NCBI GenBank assembly: GCA_965205975.1
Contig: OZ242195.1
Coordinates: forward strand, 1,984,001-2,048,000
Reading direction: 5' to 3'
DNA length: 64,000 bases
Source: Candidatus Latescibacterota bacterium
GTDB taxonomy: Bacteria > Latescibacterota > UBA2968
How positions within the stretch are numbered: the stretch's first letter is position 1; every line of letters starts with the position of its first letter. Positions 28,558 through 41,696 of the stretch are shown here, piece after piece. Below the pieces are notes generated by a model. The model saw only the letters and a list, made by a program, of their open reading frames with translations, was not told where the DNA came from and ran no database searches. Position numbers and translations under genes: made by a program.

Positions 28558-30966
28558 CTATTCCGTTGGCAAACGAAAAGAGACCGGCTGAGTCATCCAT
28601 ACAGCTACGGGTTTGCCATTGTGTTCGGCAGGCTTGAACCGAAATTGCAATATCCCATCTATCGCCGTTTGATGAAACGCCTCTGGCCCCCTCAGGACAC
28701 GCACATCGCTCACCGAACCATCCAAATTGACCATGAACTTCAAAAATACTTTGCCTTCCAAACTATCTTTGAGTGCCTCCTCCGGATGCACAAACTTAAC
28801 AGAGCGCAGGATCTTGGGCTTTACTTCAACCATATAAAATTCGAGAACCTTAATACTGTCGGCATCGCCAGATGCAGGCGGCGTGGTTTGTTGCTTTGGC
28901 AATCGAAATGTAACCCACTGTGTCATCCGCACGGGCACAACTTTGCCGTTGAGTGTCCCCGGCTTGAACCGATATTGCAAGATCGCGTCTATCGCCGCTT
29001 GATGAAATTCCTCCGGACCTTTCAAAACCTTCATATCGCCCACCGAGCCATCCTCATAGACCCTGAACTCCAAACGCACAGTAACTCTTGTTGGATACAC
29101 AGATTTAACAGATTGCAGGAGTTCGGGCGTAGCTTCGACCTCGAAAAATCTGGGGATCTCAACCTCATTACCGTCAGCATCAATTGTCACGGGCGATGTG
29201 AGCTGGAGATCTGTGTCCGTGAAATCTAATGAAAACTCAATCGGCATCACTATCCACACGGGCACAACTTTACCATTGTGCTCCGCAGGCTTGAACTGAG
29301 ACTGAGATATCGCATCTATCGCCGCTTGACGAAAGATCTCTGGTCCTTCCAAAACACTCACATCACTCACTGAACCATCCACATTGACTACAACCTTCAA
29401 AGTCACTTTGCCTTCTATCCTTTTCTTTTTTGCCTCTTCGGGATATACAGGTGTAACAATATCTATGGGATGGGGTTTTACTTCAACCTCGTCATATGCG
29501 AGGACATCAACTCGCCTCCCGAGGTGAATTAGATATTTGACATTTCCCTTTATACCTTCGACCCCGGCATAGATTTCTTTGATCTCATCATATTTGAGGG
29601 CCTCAACCAGACTACTGTCAGCACTGTCAGATACAGGCTGTGTGATCTCTTGCTCCCTGAAAACTAATGCAAAATCAATCGGCTGAGTCATCCATACAGG
29701 CACAACTTTGCCATTGTGCTCCGCGGGCTTGAATCGAAATTGTGATATCGCGTCTATTGCCGCCTTTTGAAATATCGCCTTCCCTTTCAAAACACTCACA
29801 TCGCTTACTGAACCATCCACATTGACCATAAACTTCAAAAACACTTTGCCAGTTAGACCCGCTTTTCGGGCTATATGAGGATACACCGGTGGAACAGTAT
29901 CTATGAGTTGGGGTTTTACTTCGACCTCTTTATATTCGAAAACTTCACTACTATCGGCATTGCTAGACGCAGGTGCTAGCTCTCCTTTTGAGGCTGTTTG
30001 GGATGACTGAGTATATGCCTCTCGAATTGAAAAAGGCACAATCGCCAGACCAATGAGAATGGGAATTGCCAACTGCCATCTGGACCGTTTCACATTGTCC
30101 TCCTTGAAATTAAGGACATACTCCAGGCGTTTCTTGAGCGCGGTCCCACGCTCATTGAAATACAGCGCACTCATAGCAGGGCGTCTGTCAACAAAACCGA
30201 ACAACAGCCGCCCGTATTCGGCAGGCGTTAGATTTGTCTCGCGCAACACTGCCTCGTCACAGCGCAACTCGCGCAAAAAAGCCAGCCTTCGGTTCAGCAG
30301 CCAGACCAGCGGATTTATGCAAAACAGTGCCATTGCAATCCCCTGAAAAATCAGCACCCAGATATCGCGATTATCCCGGTGTGCCAACTCGTGTGCAACA
30401 ACGCCGCGCAACTCCTCGGGCGACCAGGATGACCAGTGCGCTGGCAAATACAATCTCGGTTTTACGATACCGACCAGAAGCGGAGAACGCAGACTGGCTT
30501 TGACATAAACCTTTATATCCTGCGCCTCGTTCAGTGATCCCACTTCCCTCGCCAGATCAACCGGCACTGCCAAACTGAGCGCGCGGTGAAACGCCGCATT
30601 CTTCCACAACGTCACCCCCACCCATACCACAACCGAAACACCCCACACACAAAACAGATAAAATGCCAGTGGGAGCGGTGAGACTTGCACAGGAGCAACA
30701 ACCCCTTCCCCAGAAATCACATCGGTATAAACCGGTCCAACTGGCACATTGTCGGATACCGTCAAAAACTCTGGTAGCGGAATAGCGTAAAAAGGCGGCA
30801 CAAACACCTTCGCCAATGCCAACAAATAGAGGACATACCGCAACCGCGTATCCAGCGACATCCAGCGATCCACCGCCCACACCAGCAAAATGAACAGCGA
30901 CACCTCTATAAAATGCACCGCATAAAGCGGCCACCACGCCTCGGCCAAATAGATCAACGCATCCAT
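28558..30966 (-). CDS. BlaR1-type M56 metallopeptidase fused to four TonB C-terminal domains
   Basis: HELAH, INPLVW and RELRCDEAV, then four YP...V.VDGSVSDV...AAIDAI.Q.RFKP...GKVVPV repeats. Confidence 0.9.
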   Translation of the reverse strand: MDALIYLAEAWWPLYAVHFIEVSLFILLVWAVDRWMSLDTRLRYVLYLLALAKVFVPPFYAIPLPEFLTVSDNVPVGPVYTDVISGEGVVAPVQVSPLPLAFYLFCVWGVSVVVWVGVTLWKNAAFHRALSLAVPVDLAREVGSLNEAQDIKVYVKASLRSPLLVGIVKPRLYLPAHWSSWSPEELRGVVAHELAHRDNRDIWVLIFQGIAMALFCINPLVWLLNRRLAFLRELRCDEAVLRETNLTPAEYGRLLFGFVDRRPAMSALYFNERGTALKKRLEYVLNFKEDNVKRSRWQLAIPILIGLAIVPFSIREAYTQSSQTASKGELAPASSNADSSEVFEYKEVEVKPQLIDTVPPVYPHIARKAGLTGKVFLKFMVNVDGSVSDVSVLKGKAIFQKAAIDAISQFRFKPAEHNGKVVPVWMTQPIDFALVFREQEITQPVSDSADSSLVEALKYDEIKEIYAGVEGIKGNVKYLIHLGRRVDVLAYDEVEVKPHPIDIVTPVYPEEAKKKRIEGKVTLKVVVNVDGSVSDVSVLEGPEIFRQAAIDAISQSQFKPAEHNGKVVPVWIVMPIEFSLDFTDTDLQLTSPVTIDADGNEVEIPRFFEVEATPELLQSVKSVYPTRVTVRLEFRVYEDGSVGDMKVLKGPEEFHQAAIDAILQYRFKPGTLNGKVVPVRMTQWVTFRLPKQQTTPPASGDADSIKVLEFYMVEVKPKILRSVKFVHPEEALKDSLEGKVFLKFMVNLDGSVSDVRVLRGPEAFHQTAIDGILQFRFKPAEHNGKPVAVWMTQPVSFRLPTE

Positions 30967-31352
30967 TACGCACCTCCTTTCTCCCTTGTCTCAATCAGCG
31001 CGCGCAACTCATCCAGTTCCTTCTGCGAAAGCTCTCCCGAATCCACGAGATACGTTGCCAGCGCTCCAAAAGATCCCTCGAACATACGCGACACCAGCGT
31101 GCGCGTCTCGACCTGCGCCGCATCTTCTCGCGATAGAGCCGGTTTGTACACATTCACCGGACCGATCTTTTGCCGATTGAGCACACCCTTTTCAAACAGA
31201 ATATTCATAATCGTCTGCACCGTCGTATAAGCCTTCTCCCCATTGGGATACAGGTAATCGACAACATCGCGCACCGTAACCCGACGGTCGAGATGCCAGA
31301 TGCCATCCATCACCTCCCATTCGGCCTCAGATAGTCGTTTCTTCGCGGCCAT
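30966..31352 (-). CDS. BlaI/MecI/CopY family repressor
   Basis: LSEAEWEVMDGIW, AYTTVQTIMNILFEKG; stop overlaps the M56 start. Confidence 0.92.
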   Translation of the reverse strand: MAAKKRLSEAEWEVMDGIWHLDRRVTVRDVVDYLYPNGEKAYTTVQTIMNILFEKGVLNRQKIGPVNVYKPALSREDAAQVETRTLVSRMFEGSFGALATYLVDSGELSQKELDELRALIETREKGGA

Positions 31353-31367
31353 AAGACCCTCCTTGAA

Positions 31368-31415
31368 ATATTACTAATTTTTTAGTAATATGACGAATCA
31401 ATTAGGAGAAGTCAA
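31368..31415 (-). promoter_or_regulatory. Promoter and palindromic operator of the BlaI-like operon
   Basis: TTGACT-N17-CATATT on the minus strand, overlapped by ATATTACTAA-N4-TTAGTAATAT (31368-31391). Confidence 0.7.
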
Positions 31416-31446
31416 GCAAAAATCTCATTTCTTAAAGAAAAAAAAG

Positions 31447-31489
31447 AGCGGCAGGTTGCAGAAACCCACCGCTCTTAAGAAGTAAGAAG
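31447..31489. repeat. 43-bp direct repeat copy 1, containing a minus-strand terminator hairpin
   Basis: AGCGGCAGGTTGCAGAAACCCACCGCTCTTAAGAAGTAAGAAG, identical at 32398-32440. Confidence 0.9.
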
Positions 31490-31547
31490 CCCACCCCAGA
31501 CCGCCCCAAGGTAGGTGCTTGCTTCATCACCTTTACACTCCCCAATA

Positions 31548-32012
31548 TCAGGTACTATCAGAGCCTGACTCTTTTTGACGAGATTTTTCTATTTCTTCCA
31601 AAACCTTCAAAAATTCACGAATGCGAACAATTTTAATACCAGAATATTCCTTTGTTGGAAAATGTCGGATATTTTTCGTTACAAGATAATCTGCATTTCC
31701 CGAGACAGCACATTCTAAAAAGCGATTATCTGACTGATCGGTGCAAACATTCAATTCAAATGATGGTTCCATCCAGTCAGACTGCAAGCGCAATGTACTC
31801 AATACTCGTTCTCTCTCCTTCTGTTTCGAATCGGGAATTAACCAATCAGCTACTGCTCTGTATTCATCCAAAATGGGTTGGGAGAGCAACAACTTAAAAT
31901 AATCGTCTTCTCGAATCATCCAATTAATCAGTTTTGCAGAGGCCCCTCGATTACTGAGAATCGCTGACATGATATGATTTGTATCAATTACAACGCGTAA
32001 TATTTTATCCAT
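31548..32012 (-). CDS. PIN-domain toxin (VapC-like)
   Basis: RVVIDTN, ILDEY and DQSDNRFLECAVSGNADYLVTKNIRHF. Confidence 0.88.
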   Translation of the reverse strand: MDKILRVVIDTNHIMSAILSNRGASAKLINWMIREDDYFKLLLSQPILDEYRAVADWLIPDSKQKERERVLSTLRLQSDWMEPSFELNVCTDQSDNRFLECAVSGNADYLVTKNIRHFPTKEYSGIKIVRIREFLKVLEEIEKSRQKESGSDST

Positions 32013-32021
32013 GAATCGTGT

Positions 32022-32258
32022 CTATAATTTGCGGCACCTTTTTATTGTATCATCAATTGTCTGAGCTTTGATTCCGCCTTTTCGCCGCACTTCGGAACGG
32101 ATAGATTTTACATCTTTACAGAGTTGCTCTTTCCAGCCAAATTTCTCATGCAATTTTAAGAAGGCTTCAATCGCCGCCTGTAAGTTTCCATCATAGTCAT
32201 CTCTTACAATATCCCGGAAATGTTTTTCAAGGCTTCTCGGCAAATCTATGGAAATCAT
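32022..32258 (-). CDS. Putative antitoxin
   Basis: 78-aa ORF directly upstream of the PIN gene, with MISIDLPRSLEKHF N-terminus and GAGG RBS. Confidence 0.6.
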   Translation of the reverse strand: MISIDLPRSLEKHFRDIVRDDYDGNLQAAIEAFLKLHEKFGWKEQLCKDVKSIRSEVRRKGGIKAQTIDDTIKRCRKL

Positions 32259-32397
32259 ATTAACCTCGACTTAGAATGGGGCTGTGTCAAACTCACTCCC
32301 CAAATACCTCATCACCTGTACATAAAAACTAAACTCTTTAATAAAAACGAATTTATTGTGAAAAAGCAATCAGATATTTTCATAACAGCTAAAAAAA

Positions 32398-32427
32398 AGC
32401 GGCAGGTTGCAGAAACCCACCGCTCTT

Positions 32428-32440
<13 letters not shown>
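32398..32440. repeat. 43-bp direct repeat copy 2; terminator downstream of the mini-RNAP gene
   Basis: Identical to 31447-31489, preceded by an A-tract (U-tract on the minus strand). Confidence 0.9.
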
Positions 32441-35713
<3,273 letters not shown>

Positions 35714-35721
35714 TCAACTGT

Positions 35722-36315
35722 TTACCCTCTCCCATACCTCCGACCCCATGCCTCTGCGAGTTGCTTGCGCGCGTGGAACAGCCGCGATTTCACTGTCCCC
35801 TCTGGAATCGCCAGCCGTTCGGCAACTTCTCGAAGTGCCACCTCATCTTCGTACACCATCTGAAACACCTCGCGTTTTTCCTCCGGCAACGCATCGATCA
35901 ACGCCTGCAAAATGCGCCGTTGTTCAGCGCGTTCCAACTGCACATCGGGTCCCAACGCAGCCCGATCGATCATCCATCCCGGAACAGGTTGCTCTTCATC
36001 CTCCTCATCGTAAAGCGAAGGCATTTCCAGAGGCTGTTCGCGACGGCGACTTTGGCTTCGCAATTGATTCAGCGACAGATTTCTCGCAATCCGAAACAGC
36101 CACCCCCGAAAAGACCCTTGCTCAGACCATTGATCTGCCCGATTCCAAACCCTGAGAAAAACCTCCTGTGTCAAATCATCTGCAACACCCGGATCCCGCA
36201 TTATCCAACGCAGGCTCTCGGTCACCTGTGCCTGATAGCGCGCAAACAGAATCGCAAAAGCCTCTTGATCCCGCGCCACAATCCGCTGCATCAAAATCGC
36301 GTCCGATAATGTCAA
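35722..36315 (-). CDS. ECF-family RNA polymerase sigma factor
   Basis: Sigma2 ADDLTQEVFLRVW and FRGWLFRIARN; sigma4 LREVAERLAIPEGTVKSRLFHARKQL. TTG start at 36315 after AGGAGG. Confidence 0.92.
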   Translation of the reverse strand: MTLSDAILMQRIVARDQEAFAILFARYQAQVTESLRWIMRDPGVADDLTQEVFLRVWNRADQWSEQGSFRGWLFRIARNLSLNQLRSQSRRREQPLEMPSLYDEEDEEQPVPGWMIDRAALGPDVQLERAEQRRILQALIDALPEEKREVFQMVYEDEVALREVAERLAIPEGTVKSRLFHARKQLAEAWGRRYGRG

Positions 36316-36335
36316 AAAATATCCTCCTGTAAGAA

Positions 36336-36362
36336 TCGACACCGCCCAATGCTCAAAGGTTC
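36336..36362 (-). promoter_or_regulatory. Candidate ECF-sigma autoregulatory promoter
   Basis: Minus strand GAACCT-N16-GTCGA immediately before the RBS. Confidence 0.6.
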
Positions 36363-36377
36363 AAAAAAAGTGTGATC

Positions 36378-36407
36378 CGCAGATGAACGCAGATGAATGC
36401 AGATGAA
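36378..36407. repeat. Tandem decamer (C/T)GCAGATGAA x3
   Basis: cgcagatgaa cgcagatgaa tgcagatgaa. Confidence 0.8.
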
Positions 36408-36456
36408 AAAGGTGTGAAGGACCTGATCTCCGCCAGCGGTGCGTCCACCCAGATAT

Positions 36457-36487
36457 AAAAAAGCGCAGTCCTGTGAGACTGCGCTTC
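36457..36487 (-). terminator. Rho-independent terminator after the 36519 gene
   Basis: AAAAAAGCGCAGTC...GACTGCGCTT; U-tract on the minus strand. Confidence 0.75.
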
Positions 36488-36518
36488 AATCTTCCTATTC
36501 AGATATGTCTCGTGCCTC

Positions 36519-37469
36519 TCACCCATCATCCTCAGGCTGATCTGGCAACAAAAAGACCCCTTTGAAAGGGCTGAAGGACACCTCCTCTAAAAATTCAACT
36601 TCCGCCTCAAATTCGCGTCGAATCACCATGCGGTCTTCCATATCTTCAACACTGGTCTCAAGCTGTCGATCCACCAGTTCAAACACCTTGGCGCGCACCT
36701 CCTCCCTCATCTTCCCTTCTTCAAAACACCTCTGGCGAAACGCCTCAATCTGCACATCCGATGGCAAAAGCGATTCCATATCCAATGCCAGTGCCAGAAC
36801 GAGATTGCGCAGCAACCCGTCATACGTGCGCCCTTCAACAGCTATTTCTACCTCGGTCAGCGCAGCCCCGGGAATAGACCGCAAAAACGCAAGCCGCCTG
36901 AACGCAACTTGATAAGCCTCATAATCGCGCTTTGGATCAACCAACTGGGGTTCATCTTCCTCGTCATCCTGGGGACGCATCCAGGTCTCTGGCACCGCGG
37001 TTGCCCAGCGGGATATCGCGCGATATTCAGACTGCAAAAATTTCACTTCAGGGCGCAGCAACATCGCCCGACACATCTGTGCCATTTCTTGTAATCGAAA
37101 AAATGCGATCTCATATCCGCGTTTTCGGCACGCCTCAAAATCTCCTTGCGCGATAATATCCACAGCCCGGTTTAAATCGCTTTCTGCACACGCCTCCAAA
37201 CCGAGATCCATAGAAATCAGCGCCTGCCGCACCCCGTGTTCCAAATTCTCACGCCTGATTGCAATACCCGACCGGTAACGCTTGCCATAGTGCAAACCCT
37301 GCAAGCGCAAAAAGCCCAAAAGCGCATCTCCAATATTGGGCGGCAGCTTTTCAAAGCGCGTCCCCAATTCAATGGCCTGTCCCACGAAGCTCTCGGAATC
37401 AATGCGAAACCTACTCAAATCCAGCGTTGCAAGTGGATTTTGCACAGAACGCCCTTCACTGTTCATCAT
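36519..37469 (-). CDS. Hypothetical helical protein (possibly DUF6178-like)
   Basis: GAGGAGG RBS and overlap with the upstream gene; MDLGLE...DLNRAVDII...RGY segment recalled from memory as DUF6178-like. Confidence 0.55.
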   Translation of the reverse strand: MMNSEGRSVQNPLATLDLSRFRIDSESFVGQAIELGTRFEKLPPNIGDALLGFLRLQGLHYGKRYRSGIAIRRENLEHGVRQALISMDLGLEACAESDLNRAVDIIAQGDFEACRKRGYEIAFFRLQEMAQMCRAMLLRPEVKFLQSEYRAISRWATAVPETWMRPQDDEEDEPQLVDPKRDYEAYQVAFRRLAFLRSIPGAALTEVEIAVEGRTYDGLLRNLVLALALDMESLLPSDVQIEAFRQRCFEEGKMREEVRAKVFELVDRQLETSVEDMEDRMVIRREFEAEVEFLEEVSFSPFKGVFLLPDQPEDDG

Positions 37470-38397
37470 CGTACCTCCTCTCCCACGCCCCGCGAATGAC
37501 GGACCGCATCAAATCGGCATCCGCATCGAAAAGTGCATCCAGAACACCTCCGACAACGGGATCCTCTATTATCGTACTCGGCATTTCACCCACAGCAGCG
37601 CCTTCGGAAAAGAGTTGGTGCCGGTAAACCTGCACGCCCGCAGAACCCACGATATCATTCATCCGCATATCCTTCACATAAGGAATCAGAGCTTCTTCGA
37701 GCAACCCGGGATCCACACTGTTCAGCAATTCAGCACACTTATTGGCGTCTCCCAGCATAGATAGTGCCCGAAGCCATTCAAACGATACCTTTGACCGGAC
37801 CTCGGCACTGTCCATAGGCTCTAACGTATCTTCCACAGTGCGCCGAAAAGTACCCGGCGTCATAGCGCGTATCAAATGGGCGTTAAAACCCTGCCGCTCC
37901 GGGTCATAATCAATTAGCCCCGTCAACATCTCTGTAGGCAAATGCGCCACCACATCTGTCGAATAGCCCGGATTTCCATCTTCATCCATACCCGTTATCG
38001 ACAGCATATTCTCTGGATCTTCATCCAGAACAACGAGCGCGGCCTGCGCTTCAACCGTCAAAGTCTGCACCAGTGCCCTGGCATCTTCTTTTTTTCCCTC
38101 GCGAAGCAGATCGCGTATCTGGCTGCTCTGCTCTGCCAATTCCATAAACCCAGTTGACCATTTACCGACGACCAATCGATCTTCCTGAACCTCAATGGGT
38201 TTCACTTCGGGTTCTTCTGCATCAACCGCGTTGTCCAGCAAATGAGATTTGAGACGAATCTTCCCCCTTTCTACTTTGTCCTTACACGTCACGCACAGGC
38301 GCGTATAGGGAACGACCTTGAGGCGTTCTTCTGAAATAACCGCCTCGCACATGACACACCTCACCCCCGTCCCGCCATCGAGCGGCTGTTGTGCCAT
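37456..38397 (-). CDS. TraR/DksA C4 zinc-finger protein with an unknown acidic C-terminal domain
   Basis: CVMCEAVISEERLKVVPYTRLCVTC; ATG at 38397 after GGAGG. Confidence 0.75.
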   Translation of the reverse strand: MAQQPLDGGTGVRCVMCEAVISEERLKVVPYTRLCVTCKDKVERGKIRLKSHLLDNAVDAEEPEVKPIEVQEDRLVVGKWSTGFMELAEQSSQIRDLLREGKKEDARALVQTLTVEAQAALVVLDEDPENMLSITGMDEDGNPGYSTDVVAHLPTEMLTGLIDYDPERQGFNAHLIRAMTPGTFRRTVEDTLEPMDSAEVRSKVSFEWLRALSMLGDANKCAELLNSVDPGLLEEALIPYVKDMRMNDIVGSAGVQVYRHQLFSEGAAVGEMPSTIIEDPVVGGVLDALFDADADLMRSVIRGAWERRYDDEQ

Positions 38398-38530
38398 ATT
38401 GCCCTCCATTGGGGTTTTGAAAACCCTCCGCACACATTGCGGAGACGACAGAATCACAGCGGAGATAAATGTAATCGAATAAACTCGGAAAGTCAACTTT
38501 TAACTTACTGTTTATCAAAGATTTACAAAT

Positions 38531-38607
38531 TTGACAAACAAGGCGAAGTATGTTATATTAATACCGTCGCCGAAGAGATTGCATCTGATCCCTTCGGCGT
38601 TTTTTTA
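38531..38607 (+). promoter_or_regulatory. Near-consensus sigma-70 promoter followed at once by a terminator hairpin
   Basis: TTGACA-N17-TATATT with extended TG, then CGCCGAAG...CTTCGGCG-T7. Confidence 0.55.
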
Positions 38608-38624
38608 GTGAGCCACAACAAACA

Positions 38625-38660
38625 AAGGCCCGATTCAACAATCCCGATCGAGCCTTTTTA
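38625..38660. terminator. Hairpin downstream of nadC
   Basis: AAAGGC.CGAT...ATCG.GCCTTT with flanking tracts. Confidence 0.5.
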
Positions 38661-38688
38661 TTTTTTCACGGACACAGCATCCCGTTTC

Positions 38689-39543
38689 CTATCGGAACAA
38701 CAGACTGATATCCAGCGCCTTCACCGAATGCGTAAGTGCCCCCACTGAAATAAGATCCACGCCTGTTTCTGCAATTGCCCGCACGCTATCTAAGGACACA
38801 TTGCCCGAGGCTTCCAATTCGGGTTTTTTGCCTTTTAATTTTTGCACCTTTTCCACGGCTTCGCGCATTTCATCCAAACTCATATTGTCTAACATCACGC
38901 GATCTGCGCCCAAAACGAGCACCTCATCGAGTTCTGATAGTGTTTCCACCTCCACCTCCACGGGCACTTCTCGGCCCTCAAAATCCATCCCTTTCCACAC
39001 CGAAAGCAGTGCCGGTCCAATGCCATCCGCCGCCTCAATGTGATTCTCCTTCATCAACACCATATCGAACAACCCCACCCGATGATTCACACCACCGCCT
39101 GCAACAACGGCATATTTATCTAATAATCGCAATCCCGGCGCAGTCTTGCGCGTATCCAGAATCCGCGTCTGTGTCCCTTTTACGGCATCTACAAACTGCG
39201 CCGTCATCGTTGCAATCCCCGACATACGCTGCAAAAAATTCAGGGCAACGCGCTCGCCTGTCAACAGCCCACGCGCGGGACCAGAAACCTCAGCCAAAAC
39301 ATCACCATCCGCAACGCGCTCGCCATCTTTCACCTGAGCCTCAAATACAATCGCTCCATCTACCGCTTCAAACACCCATTGCGCCACATTCAATCCCGCA
39401 ATCACGCCATCTGCCCTCGCAATAATTTTCGCCTTCGCCTGCTTTGTCAACGGCACGGTCCATTTTGTCGTAATATCCCCATCCCCCACATCTTCTATCA
39501 GTGCCCGTTCAATTACTGGTATAATGTCTTCGCGCTTTAACAT
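38689..39543 (-). CDS. nadC: Nicotinate-nucleotide pyrophosphorylase (quinolinate PRTase)
   Basis: EDVGDGDIT, ERVALNFLQRMSGIAT, DTRKTAPGLR, NHRVGL.D and ISVGALTHS. Confidence 0.97.
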   Translation of the reverse strand: MLKREDIIPVIERALIEDVGDGDITTKWTVPLTKQAKAKIIARADGVIAGLNVAQWVFEAVDGAIVFEAQVKDGERVADGDVLAEVSGPARGLLTGERVALNFLQRMSGIATMTAQFVDAVKGTQTRILDTRKTAPGLRLLDKYAVVAGGGVNHRVGLFDMVLMKENHIEAADGIGPALLSVWKGMDFEGREVPVEVEVETLSELDEVLVLGADRVMLDNMSLDEMREAVEKVQKLKGKKPELEASGNVSLDSVRAIAETGVDLISVGALTHSVKALDISLLFR

Positions 39544-39554
39544 GTCAAAACCCT

Positions 39555-41543
39555 CTACGCCACTTCCGCCTTTAACCTTGCAATCTCATCGCGATATTGC
39601 GCTGCCTTTTCAAACTCCAAATTCTCAGCCGCTTCGCCCATCTTGCGGGTCAACTCTTCGATTATATCCAGCCGATTGGCACCGTCCCTGTACTCTGGCG
39701 ACTCTTCGGCAACCAATGGCAACTCTTCTGCCTTCTCATCAGCCACGGCTGTTGTCTGAAGAATCTCTTCTCTCGTCTTGTAAAGCGTCTCAGGCGTAAT
39801 GCCGTGTATAAGATTATAATCCTCCTGCAATGCCCGGCGGCGATTCGTCTCATCAATGGCGCGCTGCATCGAATCCGTCACCTTATCCGCATACATAATA
39901 ACCGTACCTCTGGCATTCCGCGCGGCTCGACCAGCCGTCTGAATCAACGACCGCTCCGACCGCAAAAATCCTTCCTTATCCGCATCCAGAATAGCCACCA
40001 GCGACACCTCTGGCAAATCCAACCCCTCGCGCAACAAATTCACCCCCACAAGCACATCAAACTCACCCAAACGCAAATCTCTGATAATTGCCACGCGCTC
40101 GAGCGAATCGACATCCGAATGCATATAACGCGCCTTGATACCCAACTCGCGCATATACTCCGACAAATCCTCTGCCATGCGCTTGGTCAGCGTCGTCACC
40201 AGCGCGCGATCACCGCGCTCCACCCGCACCCGCGATTCCTCAATAAGATCATCAACCTGTCCGCGCACAGGCCGCACCACCATCTCGGGATCGAGCAACC
40301 CCGTCGGACGAATCACCTGCTCTACCACCACGCCCTGACACTGTTCCAACTCGTAATCCGCAGGCGTGGCCGACATAAAAACAACCTGCTTTGCCTTTTG
40401 TTCAAACTCTTCAAAATACAACGGGCGATTGTCCAATGCCGCGGGCAACCTGAACCCGTGCTCTATCAACACCTCTTTGCGAGACCGGTCCCCATTCCAC
40501 ATTCCGCGCAACTGCGGAATCGACACATGGGATTCATCCAGCACAATCAGAAAATCATCCGAAAAATAATCCAGCAACACATAAGGTGCTTCCCCGGGTT
40601 TTCGCCCATCGATATACCGCGAATAATTTTCAATCCCCTGACAAAAACCAATCTCGCGCATCATCTCAATATCGTAGCGCGTGCGCATCTCCAATCGCTG
40701 CGCCTCCAACAGCTTGCCCTGATCGTTAAACGCCTCAAGTTGTTCGGCCAAATCCACCTCAATCTGGACAATGGCTTTCTCTATTCGATTGCCACTGGTC
40801 ACAAAGTGCTTCGCCGGATAAATAACAATGCGATCTCGTTCCGCAAGCACCTCGCCCGTCACGGGATGCACCTCACTCAATGCGTCGATCTCATCGCCAA
40901 AAAACTCCACGCGCACCGGATGCTCGCGCTCGGGCGGATAAATTTCGACCACATCGCCGCGCACCCGAAATGCAGCTGGCTCAAAAGCCACATCATTGCG
41001 CGTAAAATGAATATCCACCAGCTTGCGCAACATCGCATCGCGATCCATCTCTGCACCGCGATCCAGAATCACCAGATGATCTTCGTATTCATCGGGATTG
41101 CCAATACCGTAAATACACGACACACTCGCCACAATGATCACATCTCGCCGCTCCATCAAAGCACTTGTCGCACGCAGGCGCAAGCGGTTGATCTCATCGT
41201 TGATATCCGCTTCTTTTTCTATAAACGTATCCGTAACCGGTTTATATGCTTCGGGCTGGTAATAATCGTAATACGAAATAAAATACTCCACAGCATTATT
41301 CGGGAAAAAACTCCGAAACTCGCCGTAGAGTTGTGCCGCCAGAGTTTTGTTATGGGAAATCACGATCGTGGGCTTTTGAACAGCTTCAATCACCTTGGAC
41401 ATTGAAAACGTCTTACCCGTACCCGTTGCCCCCATCAAAGTCTGGTATGGTAGCCCATCTCGAATCCCCTGGGCGAGTTCTTCAATCGCCTGAGGCTGAT
41501 CGCCGGCAGGCTCAAAAGGCGATATCACTTCAAATCGCGGCAT
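39555..41543 (-). CDS. uvrB: Excinuclease ABC subunit B
   Basis: [43 protein letters not shown] and C-terminal UVR domain. ATG at 41543. Confidence 0.98.
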   Translation of the reverse strand: MPRFEVISPFEPAGDQPQAIEELAQGIRDGLPYQTLMGATGTGKTFSMSKVIEAVQKPTIVISHNKTLAAQLYGEFRSFFPNNAVEYFISYYDYYQPEAYKPVTDTFIEKEADINDEINRLRLRATSALMERRDVIIVASVSCIYGIGNPDEYEDHLVILDRGAEMDRDAMLRKLVDIHFTRNDVAFEPAAFRVRGDVVEIYPPEREHPVRVEFFGDEIDALSEVHPVTGEVLAERDRIVIYPAKHFVTSGNRIEKAIVQIEVDLAEQLEAFNDQGKLLEAQRLEMRTRYDIEMMREIGFCQGIENYSRYIDGRKPGEAPYVLLDYFSDDFLIVLDESHVSIPQLRGMWNGDRSRKEVLIEHGFRLPAALDNRPLYFEEFEQKAKQVVFMSATPADYELEQCQGVVVEQVIRPTGLLDPEMVVRPVRGQVDDLIEESRVRVERGDRALVTTLTKRMAEDLSEYMRELGIKARYMHSDVDSLERVAIIRDLRLGEFDVLVGVNLLREGLDLPEVSLVAILDADKEGFLRSERSLIQTAGRAARNARGTVIMYADKVTDSMQRAIDETNRRRALQEDYNLIHGITPETLYKTREEILQTTAVADEKAEELPLVAEESPEYRDGANRLDIIEELTRKMGEAAENLEFEKAAQYRDEIARLKAEVA

Positions 41544-41696
41544 AATGATTTCCTCAAAAAAATTAGTGATTACGCTTCCGCTCCCCACCCTCTCTTGACT
41601 CACACCCTATAACTACTTTAATTTAGAAAGAGAATTACCGAAATGCAAGGTCAACCCCGTTGTTTTTACCTGCAGGTAAACTCGCAGGAGGTCTCC

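Noticed and set aside
39597..41405. 602-aa plus-strand ORF
   Set aside because: Antisense shadow of uvrB with no recognisable motifs.
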